This document shows positions 37,912-48,446 of a stretch of DNA of 56,466 nucleotides, one piece after another. The stretch lies in the NCBI GenBank assembly GCA_029210695.1, contig JARGFH010000004.1:62001-118466 (forward strand). The letters run 5' to 3'. Position 1 is the stretch's first letter; the number at the start of each line of letters is the position of its first letter. Below the pieces are notes generated by a model that was not told the origin of the DNA, did no database searches, and saw only the letters and a list, made by a program, of their open reading frames with translations. Source of the DNA: Acidimicrobiia bacterium (lineage in GTDB: Bacteria > Actinomycetota > Acidimicrobiia > Spongiisociales > JAHEDJ01). Both the position numbers and the translations under genes were made by a program.

Positions 37912-38653
37912 GCTCAGCCTCCTTCCCGTAGATCTCTTTGAACCGCTCGTCATCGATCTCCGAAGGAGGTCCTTCGAACACGAGCCGACCCTCGTTCAGC
38001 GCGATGGCCCGGTCGGCGTAGCGATGGACGAGATCCAGGAAGTGGAGCGAACAAAGCACCGTCACGTCGTCTTCGTCGTTGATCGTCTCCAGGTACTGCA
38101 TGATGCTGTGCGCCAATACTGGATCGAGACTCGCCACGGGTTCGTCGGCGAGAATCAGCTCCGGTGCCTGGATCATCGCCCTGGCGATACCGACCCGCTG
38201 CTGTTGACCGCCCGACAGCTCATCGGCCCGGTTGTTTGCCTTCTCACGTAATCCAACTCTGTCGAGTTGCGCATAGGCGCGGGCGACGTCTTCCTTTAAG
38301 TAACGGTTGATGAGGCTGAGGGCCGGGTTGGTGTAGCCGAGGCGCCCGGAAAGAACGTTTGTGAGGACTTTGGAGCGTTCGACGAGGTTGAAGTGCTGAA
38401 AGACCATGCCGATACGGCGACGGATTCGTCGCAGGTCTTCCTGGGAGGCCGTCGTGATGTCCTCGCCATTCCAGGTGATACGCCCATCGGTAGGTTCGAT
38501 CAGCCGGTTGATGCAGCGTAGGAGGGTCGACTTGCCCGATCCGGACAATCCAATCACCGCCAGGAACTGACCATCCGGAACTTCGAAACTCACATCCTCC
38601 AGAGCTAGGACGCCACCGTCGTAGATCTTGGTCAGATGCTCGACTTTCAACAC
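37901..38653 (-). CDS. phnC: Phosphonate-type ABC transporter ATP-binding protein
   Basis: GLSGSGKST, LSGGQQQRV, DEPVASLDP and SLH. Confidence 0.92.
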   Translation of the reverse strand: MLKVEHLTKIYDGGVLALEDVSFEVPDGQFLAVIGLSGSGKSTLLRCINRLIEPTDGRITWNGEDITTASQEDLRRIRRRIGMVFQHFNLVERSKVLTNVLSGRLGYTNPALSLINRYLKEDVARAYAQLDRVGLREKANNRADELSGGQQQRVGIARAMIQAPELILADEPVASLDPVLAHSIMQYLETINDEDDVTVLCSLHFLDLVHRYADRAIALNEGRLVFEGPPSEIDDERFKEIYGKEAERVG

Positions 38654-38775
38654 AACTGCACCCTCAGTACCTCCAAGCCTTGCGGCACCATTCTGGTCGG
38701 ATGGTGATCCCAAATGCGATTCAGGCGGGGTCTTACAACCCCGCCCGAATCGGCATAGTGATCGAAGACTTCGAC

Positions 38776-39918
38776 CTAGAAGTCGTCGATTCCGTAGTTC
38801 AGAGCTTGCAGCAGCGCCCGAATGGAGTCGAACTCCGAGTCGTTCGTCGGCAAGACGTTGTCCCAGCTGTAGGCGTCGAAGGCCGTTGCAAACCCATCGG
38901 GGTCGTTGGCGGCGTAGTCGAGCAGCGCCTGAACGATCATGTCCTGGAGGTCGGCGGGGAAATCCGGACCGAAGGCAACGCCGTCGTTCGGAATCGGGTC
39001 GGACAGGCCGATGATCTTCACCTTCTCGATGACGTCCGGCGCTTCCTCCCGGATATTGCGGCGAGCATCGCGGATCTCGACATCACCACACACCAGGTCG
39101 CCTTCACCGAAGGCACCGGTGGCTTGATCAGCCGTTATGACACCACATGTGGCGGCGACGTCGGCGGTGACGTCGGCGTTGGCAGCATCGCCATCCCAGG
39201 TGTTGTTGCCGTCAGCGTCGATGGGCGGACTGTAGAACGTCGTGCCGAAATCGGCTTCGCCGTTGTACACGGCCCGGGCCACCTCAGAGTGACCGCCGGC
39301 GGCAAACGAGTCGGTGATGTCGATGCCGAGCGAGGTGAACAGGCCGGACGGGAGGAGGAATCCAGACGTCGAGGTGGCATCCGGGTAGGCCCACTTCTTG
39401 CCGGCGAGATCCTCAACCGAGTTGATGTCGCTATCGCGGGGAGCGATGAACTGCGTCCAGTAGACGTCGTAGCCGAACCGCTCCGACTTGAGCACCATCT
39501 GCACGCCGCAGAGGTCGTTGGCGAGGACATACCCGTTGGCGGGGATGAACCCGATCGTACTGTCCGGCGAGGCGCACATCTCTTCGATCGTGGCTGCATA
39601 GGACGAGCCAACGCTGACCTCGAATTCGAGACCGGTGGCGGCCGTGAGCGTCTCGTCGAGCAGTTCACCACCGGCGATGATCTCTTCTGCGCTCACCGAG
39701 GGCACGAACAGCACCTTGATGGGGTTCTCGGCCGAGCCGACGGTGACCATCGCTTCGGTCGTCGTCGTTGCCATCACGGCTTCGGTTGTCGTTGTGGCAA
39801 CCGCGGCCACCGTGGTGTCGGTTGTCTCAGCTTCGGTGGTGTCGGATGTACCGTCGCCACAGGCGGCCAGCACCAGCGTCATCGCCAATGCAAGCGCGAT
39901 CCATATGCGGAATCTCAT
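38776..39918 (-). CDS. phnD: PhnD-type substrate-binding lipoprotein
   Basis: Lipobox LAAC, Thr-rich linker, FVPS, SYAATIE, STSGFLLP, GH and IPND. Confidence 0.85.
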   Translation of the reverse strand: MRFRIWIALALAMTLVLAACGDGTSDTTEAETTDTTVAAVATTTTEAVMATTTTEAMVTVGSAENPIKVLFVPSVSAEEIIAGGELLDETLTAATGLEFEVSVGSSYAATIEEMCASPDSTIGFIPANGYVLANDLCGVQMVLKSERFGYDVYWTQFIAPRDSDINSVEDLAGKKWAYPDATSTSGFLLPSGLFTSLGIDITDSFAAGGHSEVARAVYNGEADFGTTFYSPPIDADGNNTWDGDAANADVTADVAATCGVITADQATGAFGEGDLVCGDVEIRDARRNIREEAPDVIEKVKIIGLSDPIPNDGVAFGPDFPADLQDMIVQALLDYAANDPDGFATAFDAYSWDNVLPTNDSEFDSIRALLQALNYGIDDF

Positions 39919-39995
39919 GGTGGAAATCTCCCTTTCGTGTCGCGGGCGATCTCGGAGATGCCCGTCGGCTCACAATCTAGCTATGTCGCGCCCGG

Positions 39996-40559
39996 CTAGC
40001 TACCTGAGGCCAGCCGGTTGGCCTCATCAACGAAGGTCGGCCAGTCGATGATGTCGCGGGTTCCGGGTACCGGTCCATTCCACGGCCTGACAAATCGGCA
40101 CATGAGAGATTCGGGGCGAGCCCGGTGGATTGAGACCACCTGGTGGGGAGCATCGTCGAGGTAGACATCGCAGGAAACGCGCCACTTGTCGTCCAGCATG
40201 TGCACTTCCCTGGTGGGGATCGCATGCTCGGCGATCCATGCGAATGTGTCGTGGACCGCCCAGTCGGGCTTCTGGGTGAGGATCACGATTTCGTGGCCGG
40301 ATCTGGCCAGCTTCTGTAGTGCATCCACTGCCCCCGGATAGGTTTCGAGGTGCCGGAACATGGTGGCCCCACCGTGATCCTTGGCCCAGGTCCAGAACTC
40401 GCCCATGTGGCGAAAGTGCGTCAACGACGGAATGCCGTCCCAGGCCTCCACAGCATCGAACGGGATGTCGGCGCCGAAGTCCGAGTTGTAGCGGCTGATC
40501 CAGCCACTGTTGAAGTCGGCCACAACACCGTCGAGATCGATACCGAGTCGTAGATGCAT
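39996..40559 (-). CDS. 5'(3')-deoxyribonucleotidase (NT5C, HAD family)
   Basis: GIDLDGVVADF, ILT, K...DVYLDD and RPWN. Confidence 0.8.
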   Translation of the reverse strand: MHLRLGIDLDGVVADFNSGWISRYNSDFGADIPFDAVEAWDGIPSLTHFRHMGEFWTWAKDHGGATMFRHLETYPGAVDALQKLARSGHEIVILTQKPDWAVHDTFAWIAEHAIPTREVHMLDDKWRVSCDVYLDDAPHQVVSIHRARPESLMCRFVRPWNGPVPGTRDIIDWPTFVDEANRLASGS

Positions 40560-40605
40560 GGTCCGCAGGCTAGACAGGTTTGATACGTCGACTGGAGTCG
40601 ACGAA

Positions 40606-42204
40606 TCAAACCTCGACCCACGCCAGAATCTCGGGCAAGCGCCGGCGGGTCACCCACAACGCCACGACCAATCCGAGGCCGTAGAGGAGCAGGCCCCACA
40701 CGACCGACAACCAGGCAATCAGCTGGGGCGAAAGGACGTCGGTGAAGAACAGGGCGATGGTCATTGCCGACGCCGGGATCACGAGGGTCAGGCCGATGAC
40801 GAAAAAGGCGATCAACTGCGATCCGATGGCCAGGCACCCTTGCTCACTCGACTGGGAGAAGATGTCGGTGCCCGCGTCCGGGAGTCGTAGTGGCGTAACC
40901 GCCGATACGACGTTACCGACGGCCATCTGCGCCAGGACTGCGCTGAGGATGAGCGGAGGCATGAGGGGCAGGTACCGGGCCGACCCGACGAAGAGTGAAA
41001 ACGCGATCGAAACGGCGGCTGCTTCGAGCATCAGCCCGAGGCCGGTCGCCAGGTTCTTGCCGACCACGACCTGGAATGGGCGGGCCGGAAGGGCAAAGAG
41101 GAAGCTGGCAGCCCGGCGTTCCCACCCGAACTGATTGAGGGCGATTGGTAGGCCGACGAACAACACGACGATCGGCGCCAGCAGCGGCATCCACTCCTGC
41201 TCCTTGACGCGTTGGAGTTGGGCGTCGCCGAACAACGCGGCCGCAACCAGGAACCCGAGGAAGATGACGGCTCCGGTCCACACCATGCGCATGCGTGGCT
41301 CCCTGAGGTAGTACCGGAGTTCCTTGCGGGCGACGACGGAAATCGTGGACCAGCCGAATCGCTCGGCGAGCCCACGCTCGGCGGCTCGTCTTGACACGGT
41401 GGTGATCTCCGGGGTGGTCAGAAGTCGTTGGACGATCCAATACCAGAAAGCCAGAAGGACTCCGAGCCAGGCAACCGAGAGGATAAGACCTGAGATCGTG
41501 CCCCACAGATCACCCTCACTGGCCGAGACGATTGCGTACTGCGCGCCGGCAGGTGGGAGCAACATCCGGAACGGCGACAGGGGGTACCTCTCAACCGCGC
41601 CGCCGAGGCCGTACTCGCCGATGGCCGTGGCGATCGAACGCTGAAGAAGGAATCCGGTCAGTCCCAGACCGGCGACGATCAGCATGATCACATCACGGCC
41701 GCGTTTGCCCCGGATGAGCGCGCTCACGACTGCCGTGAATGCCTGACCGCTCACGATCAGCATGGCCAGGGTCAGCGCACCGGCCACGATGGCGACGGGG
41801 GCCACCACCCAACCGGCGAAGATGACGGCCGTTACCGTCAGGATCATGAGCGGAATGATGATCGGGGGGGTTACGAAGCCGGCTGACAGGAGACCGGTCA
41901 GTAGTTGTCGGCGACTGAACGGCAACAGCGAAAAGCGGCCGGGGTCGAGAGTCTCGTCGAGCGGGAACACCACGACCGGAACCGTCGTCCACAGAATCCA
42001 CATGAGTACGGCGACCCAGATGGTGAACTCCCCGTGGGCGACTCCATCCAGGTCACCTGCGGAAGACCAGTAACGCCGCGCCAGGGTCCAGCCGCCGCCG
42101 ACGATCAAGATCACCACGAGGGGGAGCCCGATGGCGCGCTGGCGATCGTGCTTGACGCCGTTGACCAGCAGGCGCCATTTCAGCCAGACGAGGCGTTGAG
42201 CCAA
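40606..42204 (-). CDS. ABC exporter permease (actinobacterial multi-TM type)
   Basis: Many TM segments; DETLDPGRF and KELRYYLREP; overlaps the ATPase gene end. Confidence 0.8.
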   Translation of the reverse strand: MAQRLVWLKWRLLVNGVKHDRQRAIGLPLVVILIVGGGWTLARRYWSSAGDLDGVAHGEFTIWVAVLMWILWTTVPVVVFPLDETLDPGRFSLLPFSRRQLLTGLLSAGFVTPPIIIPLMILTVTAVIFAGWVVAPVAIVAGALTLAMLIVSGQAFTAVVSALIRGKRGRDVIMLIVAGLGLTGFLLQRSIATAIGEYGLGGAVERYPLSPFRMLLPPAGAQYAIVSASEGDLWGTISGLILSVAWLGVLLAFWYWIVQRLLTTPEITTVSRRAAERGLAERFGWSTISVVARKELRYYLREPRMRMVWTGAVIFLGFLVAAALFGDAQLQRVKEQEWMPLLAPIVVLFVGLPIALNQFGWERRAASFLFALPARPFQVVVGKNLATGLGLMLEAAAVSIAFSLFVGSARYLPLMPPLILSAVLAQMAVGNVVSAVTPLRLPDAGTDIFSQSSEQGCLAIGSQLIAFFVIGLTLVIPASAMTIALFFTDVLSPQLIAWLSVVWGLLLYGLGLVVALWVTRRRLPEILAWVEV

Positions 42205-42962
42205 TCCAGGCCTCCGGGTGTTTCTTCGGCACCGACCGCAGCCAGAAAGGCGTCTTCGACGCTGGTTACCTCGTAGTGGTCGAGGAGATGTTGGGGTGGG
42301 CCTTCGATGATGAGCTTGCCGTCCACCATGATTCCGATCCGCGTGCACAACCGTTCGACGAGTTCCATGACGTGGGACGAAAACACAACGGTCGAGCCGC
42401 GTTCGGTGTAGCCCTGGAGCAAGTTGCGGATCAGTCGAGCGCTGACGGCGTCGACTCCTTCGAATGGTTCGTCGAGAAATAGGACAGGGGGAGCGTGGAT
42501 CACCGCGGCCGCCAGCGCCACCTTCTTGCGCATGCCCCGGGAGTAGTCGTTGATGAGGCTGTGTGCCGCGCTCTTGAGGTCGAGCGCTTCGAGTAGTTCG
42601 TTCCGGCGTCTGGCAGCCTCTTGCCTGGGAAGACCGTGGGTGGCGGCGGTGAAGTCGAGCAGTTCGGCGCCCGTCAATCGCTCATACAGATTGAACTCCT
42701 CCGGCAATACACCGATTCGGCGCTTCACCTCGATCGGGTGCGTCCAGGTCTCGAACTCTCCGACCCCCGCCCGCCCGGCATCCGGGCGGAGCAGGCCGAC
42801 GATCATCTTGATTGTGGTCGTCTTCCCTGCACCGTTCGGCCCGAGCAGCCCGTAGAACTCTCCGGGTTGGATGGCGAAGTCGACGCCGTTGACCGCCGTT
42901 TTCTTGCCGAAGTGGCGAACGAGCCCTTCTGCCCACACGGAGGGCTTGCCGCTATCTGTCAT
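42180..42962 (-). CDS. ABC transporter ATP-binding protein
   Basis: GPNGAGKTT, YSRGMRKK, LDEPFEGVD and SSH. Confidence 0.93.
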   Translation of the reverse strand: MTDSGKPSVWAEGLVRHFGKKTAVNGVDFAIQPGEFYGLLGPNGAGKTTTIKMIVGLLRPDAGRAGVGEFETWTHPIEVKRRIGVLPEEFNLYERLTGAELLDFTAATHGLPRQEAARRRNELLEALDLKSAAHSLINDYSRGMRKKVALAAAVIHAPPVLFLDEPFEGVDAVSARLIRNLLQGYTERGSTVVFSSHVMELVERLCTRIGIMVDGKLIIEGPPQHLLDHYEVTSVEDAFLAAVGAEETPGGLDWLNASSG

Positions 42963-43114
42963 TCCGTTTCCGCTTTCCCTACGAGCACGAATCGATATCG
43001 CACAGTTGTGACATCGGCTGACCAGTCTGCCACCTGAAGAACTGTATGGCTGATGCCGGAACCCGGGTCGTAGTCGACCCCGGGCACCTATTCGGTCCCG
43101 GCTACCATCGCTGT

Positions 43115-44905
43115 GTGGAATATCAGGCGCTCTATCGCAAGTACCGGCCCCAGAGTTTCTCTGAGATCATCGGTCAGGGTCACGTCACCGAGACCCTGTC
43201 GCGCGAGGTGGTCGATGGCAAGGTTGCTCATGCATACCTCTTTGCCGGCCCGCGCGGAACGGGAAAGACAACGGCTGCCCGCATCCTTGCCAAGACACTG
43301 AATTGTACCGACCGCCAGGCGGCCGGTGAGCCGTGCAACCGGTGCGGCTCGTGTGTCGCCATCACTGAGGGCTCGTCGCTCGACGTCATCGAGCTGGATG
43401 CAGCATCACACAACAGCGTCGACGATATCCGTGACATGCGGGTGAGTGTTTCGACCGTCGCCTCGGCCGGTGGGGCCAAGCGAATCTTCATCCTGGATGA
43501 GGCCCATATGCTGTCGAAAGCGGCCGGCAATGCCCTCCTCAAGACCCTGGAAGAGCCGCCGGATCACGTCCATTTTGTTCTGGCGACGACCGAGCCGTAC
43601 AAGCTGCTCGACACAATCCGGAGCAGGGCGCAGCGCTTCGATTTTCATTCCGTGTCGATTGCTGCCCTCGTCAAGCATCTCGACTCCATCAGTGACAAAG
43701 AGGGCTATCAGCGATCTGAGGAAGCGCTCGTTTCTGTCGCCCGGCATGCACGGGGTTCGGTGAGGGACTCGATGAGCCTGCTCGAACAGGTGGCAGCGCT
43801 CGGCGAGTCCACAGTTGAAGTTGCCGGGGTGAATCGTGCGCTGGGGCTGGCGGACAGGGAAGTGTACGGCCGGCTCGGTTCGGCGGTTGCAGATCTCGAT
43901 GCTCGCTCGGCTCTCGAAATGGTGGCGACTCTCGCAGCAGAGGGTGTCGACCTTCGCCGTTTCGTGGCTGAGGCGATCGCCTTCTTCCGCGGCGTGTTTC
44001 TTGTCAAGTATGCGCCGAACCTTCCCGACATCGTCGATGAGCCGCAGGACGTGATCGACGACTGGCGCCGGATCGCCGATGAGTTGTCGGCGTCCGATGT
44101 ACTGCGCGTGCTCGACGTCATGTCGGAGGCTCTGATCCAACTTCGGGAAGGCCGGGAGGAGCGCCTGATGATCGAACTGGCGCTGCTGAAGATCACCAGG
44201 CCTGAGGTCGCCTCCGACCCGGCCTCTCTCGCCGCCCGGATCGAACATCTCGAGCAGCGAGTGAAACGGCTTGGAGCAGGTACGGCCTCCGTGATCCCGC
44301 CAACCGCCGCCCAGCCCGCCAAAGCTCAGCCGATCCCTCCATCGACACCTCCGGCACCCGTCGTGACCCCGGAGCCGGTCGTCGAGGAAGCTCCGATAGC
44401 CGACGAGCCGTTCGAAGACGTTGCGGCCGAGCAGGAGGAAGTGGTGTCAGACGCACCGTCGCCTCCCGCCGACACCTCCGGCGAACCCGGCCCCGCCTTC
44501 ACGTTCCTGGACCTCCAATCCATCTGGCCGGAACTGGTTGCCGGTGTACGGGACACCCTCGGCTCCCGAAAGTATGCACTGTTTCGAGAGGCCAGCCCCG
44601 GAGCGGTTGAGGGTTCGGTACTGGTGATGCACCTTCCCGAACATCGCACGTTCCATTTGCAGCAGCTCAAATCGGACGGCTCGGTGGCGGCACTGGTGGC
44701 GGCCAAGGCTGCGGAGTTGCTCGGCGCTCATGTCACGATTGAGTTCAGGGCCTTCGGTGATCCTCAGTTGGCAGAGGTAACGGAGCTGCCGCTCATTCCC
44801 GACAAGGACGACCTGGCTGAAGCGCCGGCGGAGGGAACCGATCCGACCAGCTTGATGACCGAGTTCCTCGGTGCAGAAGTGGTTGACGAGGTAGACAACA
44901 CCTAG
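43115..44905 (+). CDS. dnaX: DNA polymerase III gamma/tau subunit
   Basis: ALYRKYRPQSF, GPRGTGKT, ELDAAS, LDEAHML and TIRSRAQ. Confidence 0.96.
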   Translation: MEYQALYRKYRPQSFSEIIGQGHVTETLSREVVDGKVAHAYLFAGPRGTGKTTAARILAKTLNCTDRQAAGEPCNRCGSCVAITEGSSLDVIELDAASHNSVDDIRDMRVSVSTVASAGGAKRIFILDEAHMLSKAAGNALLKTLEEPPDHVHFVLATTEPYKLLDTIRSRAQRFDFHSVSIAALVKHLDSISDKEGYQRSEEALVSVARHARGSVRDSMSLLEQVAALGESTVEVAGVNRALGLADREVYGRLGSAVADLDARSALEMVATLAAEGVDLRRFVAEAIAFFRGVFLVKYAPNLPDIVDEPQDVIDDWRRIADELSASDVLRVLDVMSEALIQLREGREERLMIELALLKITRPEVASDPASLAARIEHLEQRVKRLGAGTASVIPPTAAQPAKAQPIPPSTPPAPVVTPEPVVEEAPIADEPFEDVAAEQEEVVSDAPSPPADTSGEPGPAFTFLDLQSIWPELVAGVRDTLGSRKYALFREASPGAVEGSVLVMHLPEHRTFHLQQLKSDGSVAALVAAKAAELLGAHVTIEFRAFGDPQLAEVTELPLIPDKDDLAEAPAEGTDPTSLMTEFLGAEVVDEVDNT

Positions 44906-44992
44906 ACCTGCGTCGAGCTGCCCGGTTGGGGAATCCGTCAGGTCGGCACCGAAGGGCCATCCTGAATGTCGTCTAGTGATACTCTCTCCGTC

Positions 44993-45319
44993 ATGGGTAT
45001 GAGACCTCAAGACATGCGCAAGCTGATGCAGCAGGCGCAGCAGATGCAGGAACAACTCGCCGCCGCGCAGAACGAACTGGCCGCCGCCACGTTTGACGGG
45101 AGCGCCGGAGGCGGCATGGTCAAGGCAACGGTTACGGGCTCGAATGAGGTCGTCACCGTCGAGATCGACCCGGCTGTGATAGACCCGGACGATGCCGAGA
45201 TGCTCGGCGATTTGGTCGTGGCAGCCGTCAACCAGGCGATGAAAAACGCAGCCGATGCTGCGCAGCAATCGCTGGGTGGGTTGACCGGCGGACTCGATCT
45301 CGGCGGTCTACTCGGTTGA
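44993..45319 (+). CDS. ybaB: YbaB/EbfC nucleoid-associated protein
   Basis: QAQQMQ, AGGGMVK and DLVVAAVN; dnaX-ybaB-recR synteny. Confidence 0.95.
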   Translation: MGMRPQDMRKLMQQAQQMQEQLAAAQNELAAATFDGSAGGGMVKATVTGSNEVVTVEIDPAVIDPDDAEMLGDLVVAAVNQAMKNAADAAQQSLGGLTGGLDLGGLLG

Positions 45320-45912
45320 TGTTTGAAGGGCCAATTCAGCGACTCATCGACGAGTTGGCGCGACTGCCCGGGATTGGCCAGAAGTCGGCCCAGCGGCTCG
45401 CGTTCCATCTGCTCAACACAGAGCGGGCCGATGCTCAGCGTCTGGCCAGCGCCATCATCGACATGCGGGATCAGGTGCGGTTGTGTGGCCGGTGTTTCAA
45501 CGTCACCGGTGCGGAAGAATGCACGATTTGCCGCGATCTCAGGCGCGACCCAACCATCGTGTGTGTTGTCGAGCGGGCCCAGGAGATCGTCGTCATTGAG
45601 AAAACACAGGAGTTTCGCGGGCGCTACCACGTGCTGGGAGGAGCCCTTTCTCCGATCGATGGAATCGGCCCCGGCCAGTTGCGGATCTCAGAGTTGCGCG
45701 TTCGGATCGGCAACGAGGGAATCGAGGAGCTGATCGTGGCGACGAACCCGACGATCGAGGGCGACACGACTGCCATGTATCTCGCTCGTGAGCTGAAACC
45801 TCTCGGCGTGAAGGTGACGAGACTCGCAAGCGGCCTCCCCGTTGGAGGAGACCTGGACTACGCCGACGAGTTGACCCTCGGGCGGGCACTGGTGGGTCGC
45901 CGCGAGATCTGA
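45319..45912 (+). CDS. recR: Recombination mediator RecR
   Basis: [14 protein letters not shown]4 zinc finger, YHVLGG and ATNPTIEG. Confidence 0.97.
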   Translation: MFEGPIQRLIDELARLPGIGQKSAQRLAFHLLNTERADAQRLASAIIDMRDQVRLCGRCFNVTGAEECTICRDLRRDPTIVCVVERAQEIVVIEKTQEFRGRYHVLGGALSPIDGIGPGQLRISELRVRIGNEGIEELIVATNPTIEGDTTAMYLARELKPLGVKVTRLASGLPVGGDLDYADELTLGRALVGRREI

Positions 45913-45972
45913 CGGCCGCACCTTCCCTCCCGCAGGATCCGCCCCCGGGCGGGCGGATAGGCTGCCCGGTAG

Positions 45973-47067
45973 ATGCGCATTCTCCTTGTTGAGCCGTATT
46001 TCGGTGGATCCCACCAGGCCTGGGCCGATGGCTATGCCGGTCACAGCCACCACGACATCCATCTGCTGACTCTGCCGGCCAGGTTCTGGACCTGGCGGAT
46101 GCGGGGTGGTGCTGTGACACTCGCTGAGGAGACGGAGCAATGGGTCCGGCAGCACGGCCGGCCCGACTTAGTCCTGGCCACCGACATGCTCGATCTTCCG
46201 GCCTATTTGGGAGCTGCCAGGAAGAGCCTCGGCGATACGCCCGTTGCGTACTACCTGCACGAGAGCCAGTTCACCTACCCGTGGTCGCCGCAGCTGCGTT
46301 CGGATTTCCAGTACGCCTATGTCAACTGGGCGTCTATGCAGTCCGCTGATCTGGTTCTCTTCAACTCTGCCTTTCACCGGGATGTCGCGTTCGAACAGCT
46401 GCCGGGATTCCTTCGTCAGTTCCCGGACTTCACGCACGAACACCTGATCGACGCGGTTCGAGCCAGGTCGTCGGTGCTGCATGTCGGTGTCGACTTGCAC
46501 CGCCTCGACGAAGTCGCCACATCGAGTGGGAGCGAGCCGCCGCTGATTCTGTGGAATCAACGCTGGGAGCATGACAAGGATCCGGCTGCGTTCTTCCGGG
46601 CCCTGTTCGGGGTCGCCGACGATGGCGTCGGTTTTCGCCTGGCCGTCTGCGGGGAGAACTTCCGGCAGGTGCCTGAGGAGTTCGCCGAAGCCGAGCACCG
46701 ACTAGCGGATCACCTGATCCACTTCGGGTTTGCAGATGAGGAGGCGTATGTGCGACTGCTTCGGAGTGCCGACGTGGTTGCGAGCACGGCACTTCATGAG
46801 TTCTTCGGTATCGCGGTCGTGGAAGCCGCATACGCCGGTGCGTTTCCGGTTCTTCCGGACCGCCTGTCATATCCGGAGATCATGCCCGAATCGGTCCACG
46901 ATCTGTCGCTCTATCAGGAAGGTGAACTTCAAGAACGACTCCGCTGGGCGCTCGGGCACCCGGCCGAGCGTCGAGCTGCGGCTGCGTCCCTCAAGGTCCC
47001 ACTCGGGCGATTCGATTGGTCCGAAATGGCACCGACCTACGACCGGGTGCTGGCGGCGCTCACCTAG
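45973..47067 (+). CDS. DUF3524/GT-B glycosyltransferase (GTDC1/QTMAN-like)
   Basis: EPYFGGSH, WTWRMRG, YLHESQ, FNSAFH, WNQRWEHDK and HEFFGIAVVEA. Confidence 0.85.
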   Translation: MRILLVEPYFGGSHQAWADGYAGHSHHDIHLLTLPARFWTWRMRGGAVTLAEETEQWVRQHGRPDLVLATDMLDLPAYLGAARKSLGDTPVAYYLHESQFTYPWSPQLRSDFQYAYVNWASMQSADLVLFNSAFHRDVAFEQLPGFLRQFPDFTHEHLIDAVRARSSVLHVGVDLHRLDEVATSSGSEPPLILWNQRWEHDKDPAAFFRALFGVADDGVGFRLAVCGENFRQVPEEFAEAEHRLADHLIHFGFADEEAYVRLLRSADVVASTALHEFFGIAVVEAAYAGAFPVLPDRLSYPEIMPESVHDLSLYQEGELQERLRWALGHPAERRAAAASLKVPLGRFDWSEMAPTYDRVLAALT

Positions 47068-47085
47068 CGCTACCCTTTGAGGCTC

Positions 47086-47748
47086 ATGCAGCACGTCGTA
47101 TGGGATTGGAACGGGACACTTCTCAACGACCTCGAGCAGGTCGTGCAGTCGGTCAATGTTGCGTTGGCGTCATTCAATGCCGGCCCGATTACAGCCGACG
47201 ACTATCGAGCCGGATATACGCGCCCGGTCGTCTTGTTTTACGAACACCTCTTGAGCCGCCCGGTCAGTGATGAGGAGTGGGAACAACTCGATATCGTGTT
47301 CCACCACGCTTACCGGGAAGCACTGGCTGAGGCGCAACTGACGCCTGATGCTCTGGCGGCCATGGAGGCAGTCGACGACGCCGGCTGGACCCAGTCGCTT
47401 CTGTCGATGTTTCCTCACGATGAGTTGCTCGAGGCGCTGGCAGGGCGGGGAATCGGGGATAGGTTGGTCGCGATCGATGGATTGCGGGCAGGGAGGGGGG
47501 ACCGCAAATACGGCAGCCTCGTTCGACACCTGGAGCACGTCGCTCACAAGATCGGGACACCGCTCGATCCTACGACGGTGGTGATGATTGGAGATGCGCT
47601 CGACGATGCCGATGCTGCCGAGGGTCTCGGCATCAAGTGCGTCCTCTACGCCAGCGGATCGCACCCGCGGGCGAAGCTCGAGGCCACGGGACATCCAGTT
47701 TCAGATTCGTTGATCGAAGCGCTGGCAGTGGCAGGTGTGACCGCCTAA
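47086..47748 (+). CDS. HAD-family phosphatase
   Basis: WDWNGTL, SLLS, K and IGDALDD. Confidence 0.88.
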   Translation: MQHVVWDWNGTLLNDLEQVVQSVNVALASFNAGPITADDYRAGYTRPVVLFYEHLLSRPVSDEEWEQLDIVFHHAYREALAEAQLTPDALAAMEAVDDAGWTQSLLSMFPHDELLEALAGRGIGDRLVAIDGLRAGRGDRKYGSLVRHLEHVAHKIGTPLDPTTVVMIGDALDDADAAEGLGIKCVLYASGSHPRAKLEATGHPVSDSLIEALAVAGVTA

Positions 47749-47801
47749 CCGTCCTCCGGGTCCTCGCCTAGCTCCATACCGGTAGGCGAGGGAGCCGCCG
47801 A

Positions 47802-48383
47802 TCAGGGTTGTAGCTGAGTGAAGATCCCCTGGCATTGCGCCATCGCGGCTTGAAAAACCGGGTCGTTCTGATCGATCCCGGCACCCAGCTCGAAGAACCC
47901 GCTCATGCCGGTCGAGAAGTCGGGATCGGGCATGTCGTAGCCGTTCTCACGCATGCACGTCGTGAACTCGAGGAACGTGTCCTGTAACTCGACGAGGTCC
48001 GGCATTTGTCCTCCTCCGAACGAAACGCCTTCCAGGTACTCCGAACAGGCAGTCATCGCCGTCTCGAGTGTGGCCTGGATCTCCTCGGGAGTAGAGCCAA
48101 ACGCCATCATGTCGAGTTCATCCATGGTCAGGTTGCCCTCGGCGTCGAGCGTCGGGTCGGGGAAGTCCAGACCCTGATCTCGCATGCACTGCGAGAACTC
48201 GAGTGCCTGATCCTCGCTGAACTCAGTTTGCGTGGTTGTGGAGGTGTTGACGGGTGCAGGGGTCGTCGTCGAATTCTCGAGGGTGGCGATCCCATCGCCC
48301 GTGTCATCGCTCCCGCAAGCGGCAAAGAGCAAGGCGATCACCATGAGTAGCAGAATGTTGGAACGTCGTGTCATATCGATCAT
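47802..48383 (-). CDS. Putative lipoprotein with two FxxCMRxxG..PDP repeats
   Basis: Lipobox FAAC; FSQCMRDQGLDFPDP and FTTCMRENGYDMPDP. Confidence 0.8.
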   Translation of the reverse strand: MIDMTRRSNILLLMVIALLFAACGSDDTGDGIATLENSTTTPAPVNTSTTTQTEFSEDQALEFSQCMRDQGLDFPDPTLDAEGNLTMDELDMMAFGSTPEEIQATLETAMTACSEYLEGVSFGGGQMPDLVELQDTFLEFTTCMRENGYDMPDPDFSTGMSGFFELGAGIDQNDPVFQAAMAQCQGIFTQLQP

Positions 48384-48446
48384 CTCCTGCCGATATTCTC
48401 CCACGGGTGCGGAGTATCGGAACTTCCGATGGCGAAGACGCCGACT

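Noticed and set aside
39919..39995. PHO box upstream of phnD or the nuclease gene
   Set aside because: No convincing 11-bp-period GTTCA-type direct repeats were seen.
43115..44905. dnaX programmed -1 frameshift, and an upstream SRP RNA gene
   Set aside because: No A-AAA-AAG or poly-A slippery tract was seen, and no ffs-like sequence is recognisable in 42963-43114.
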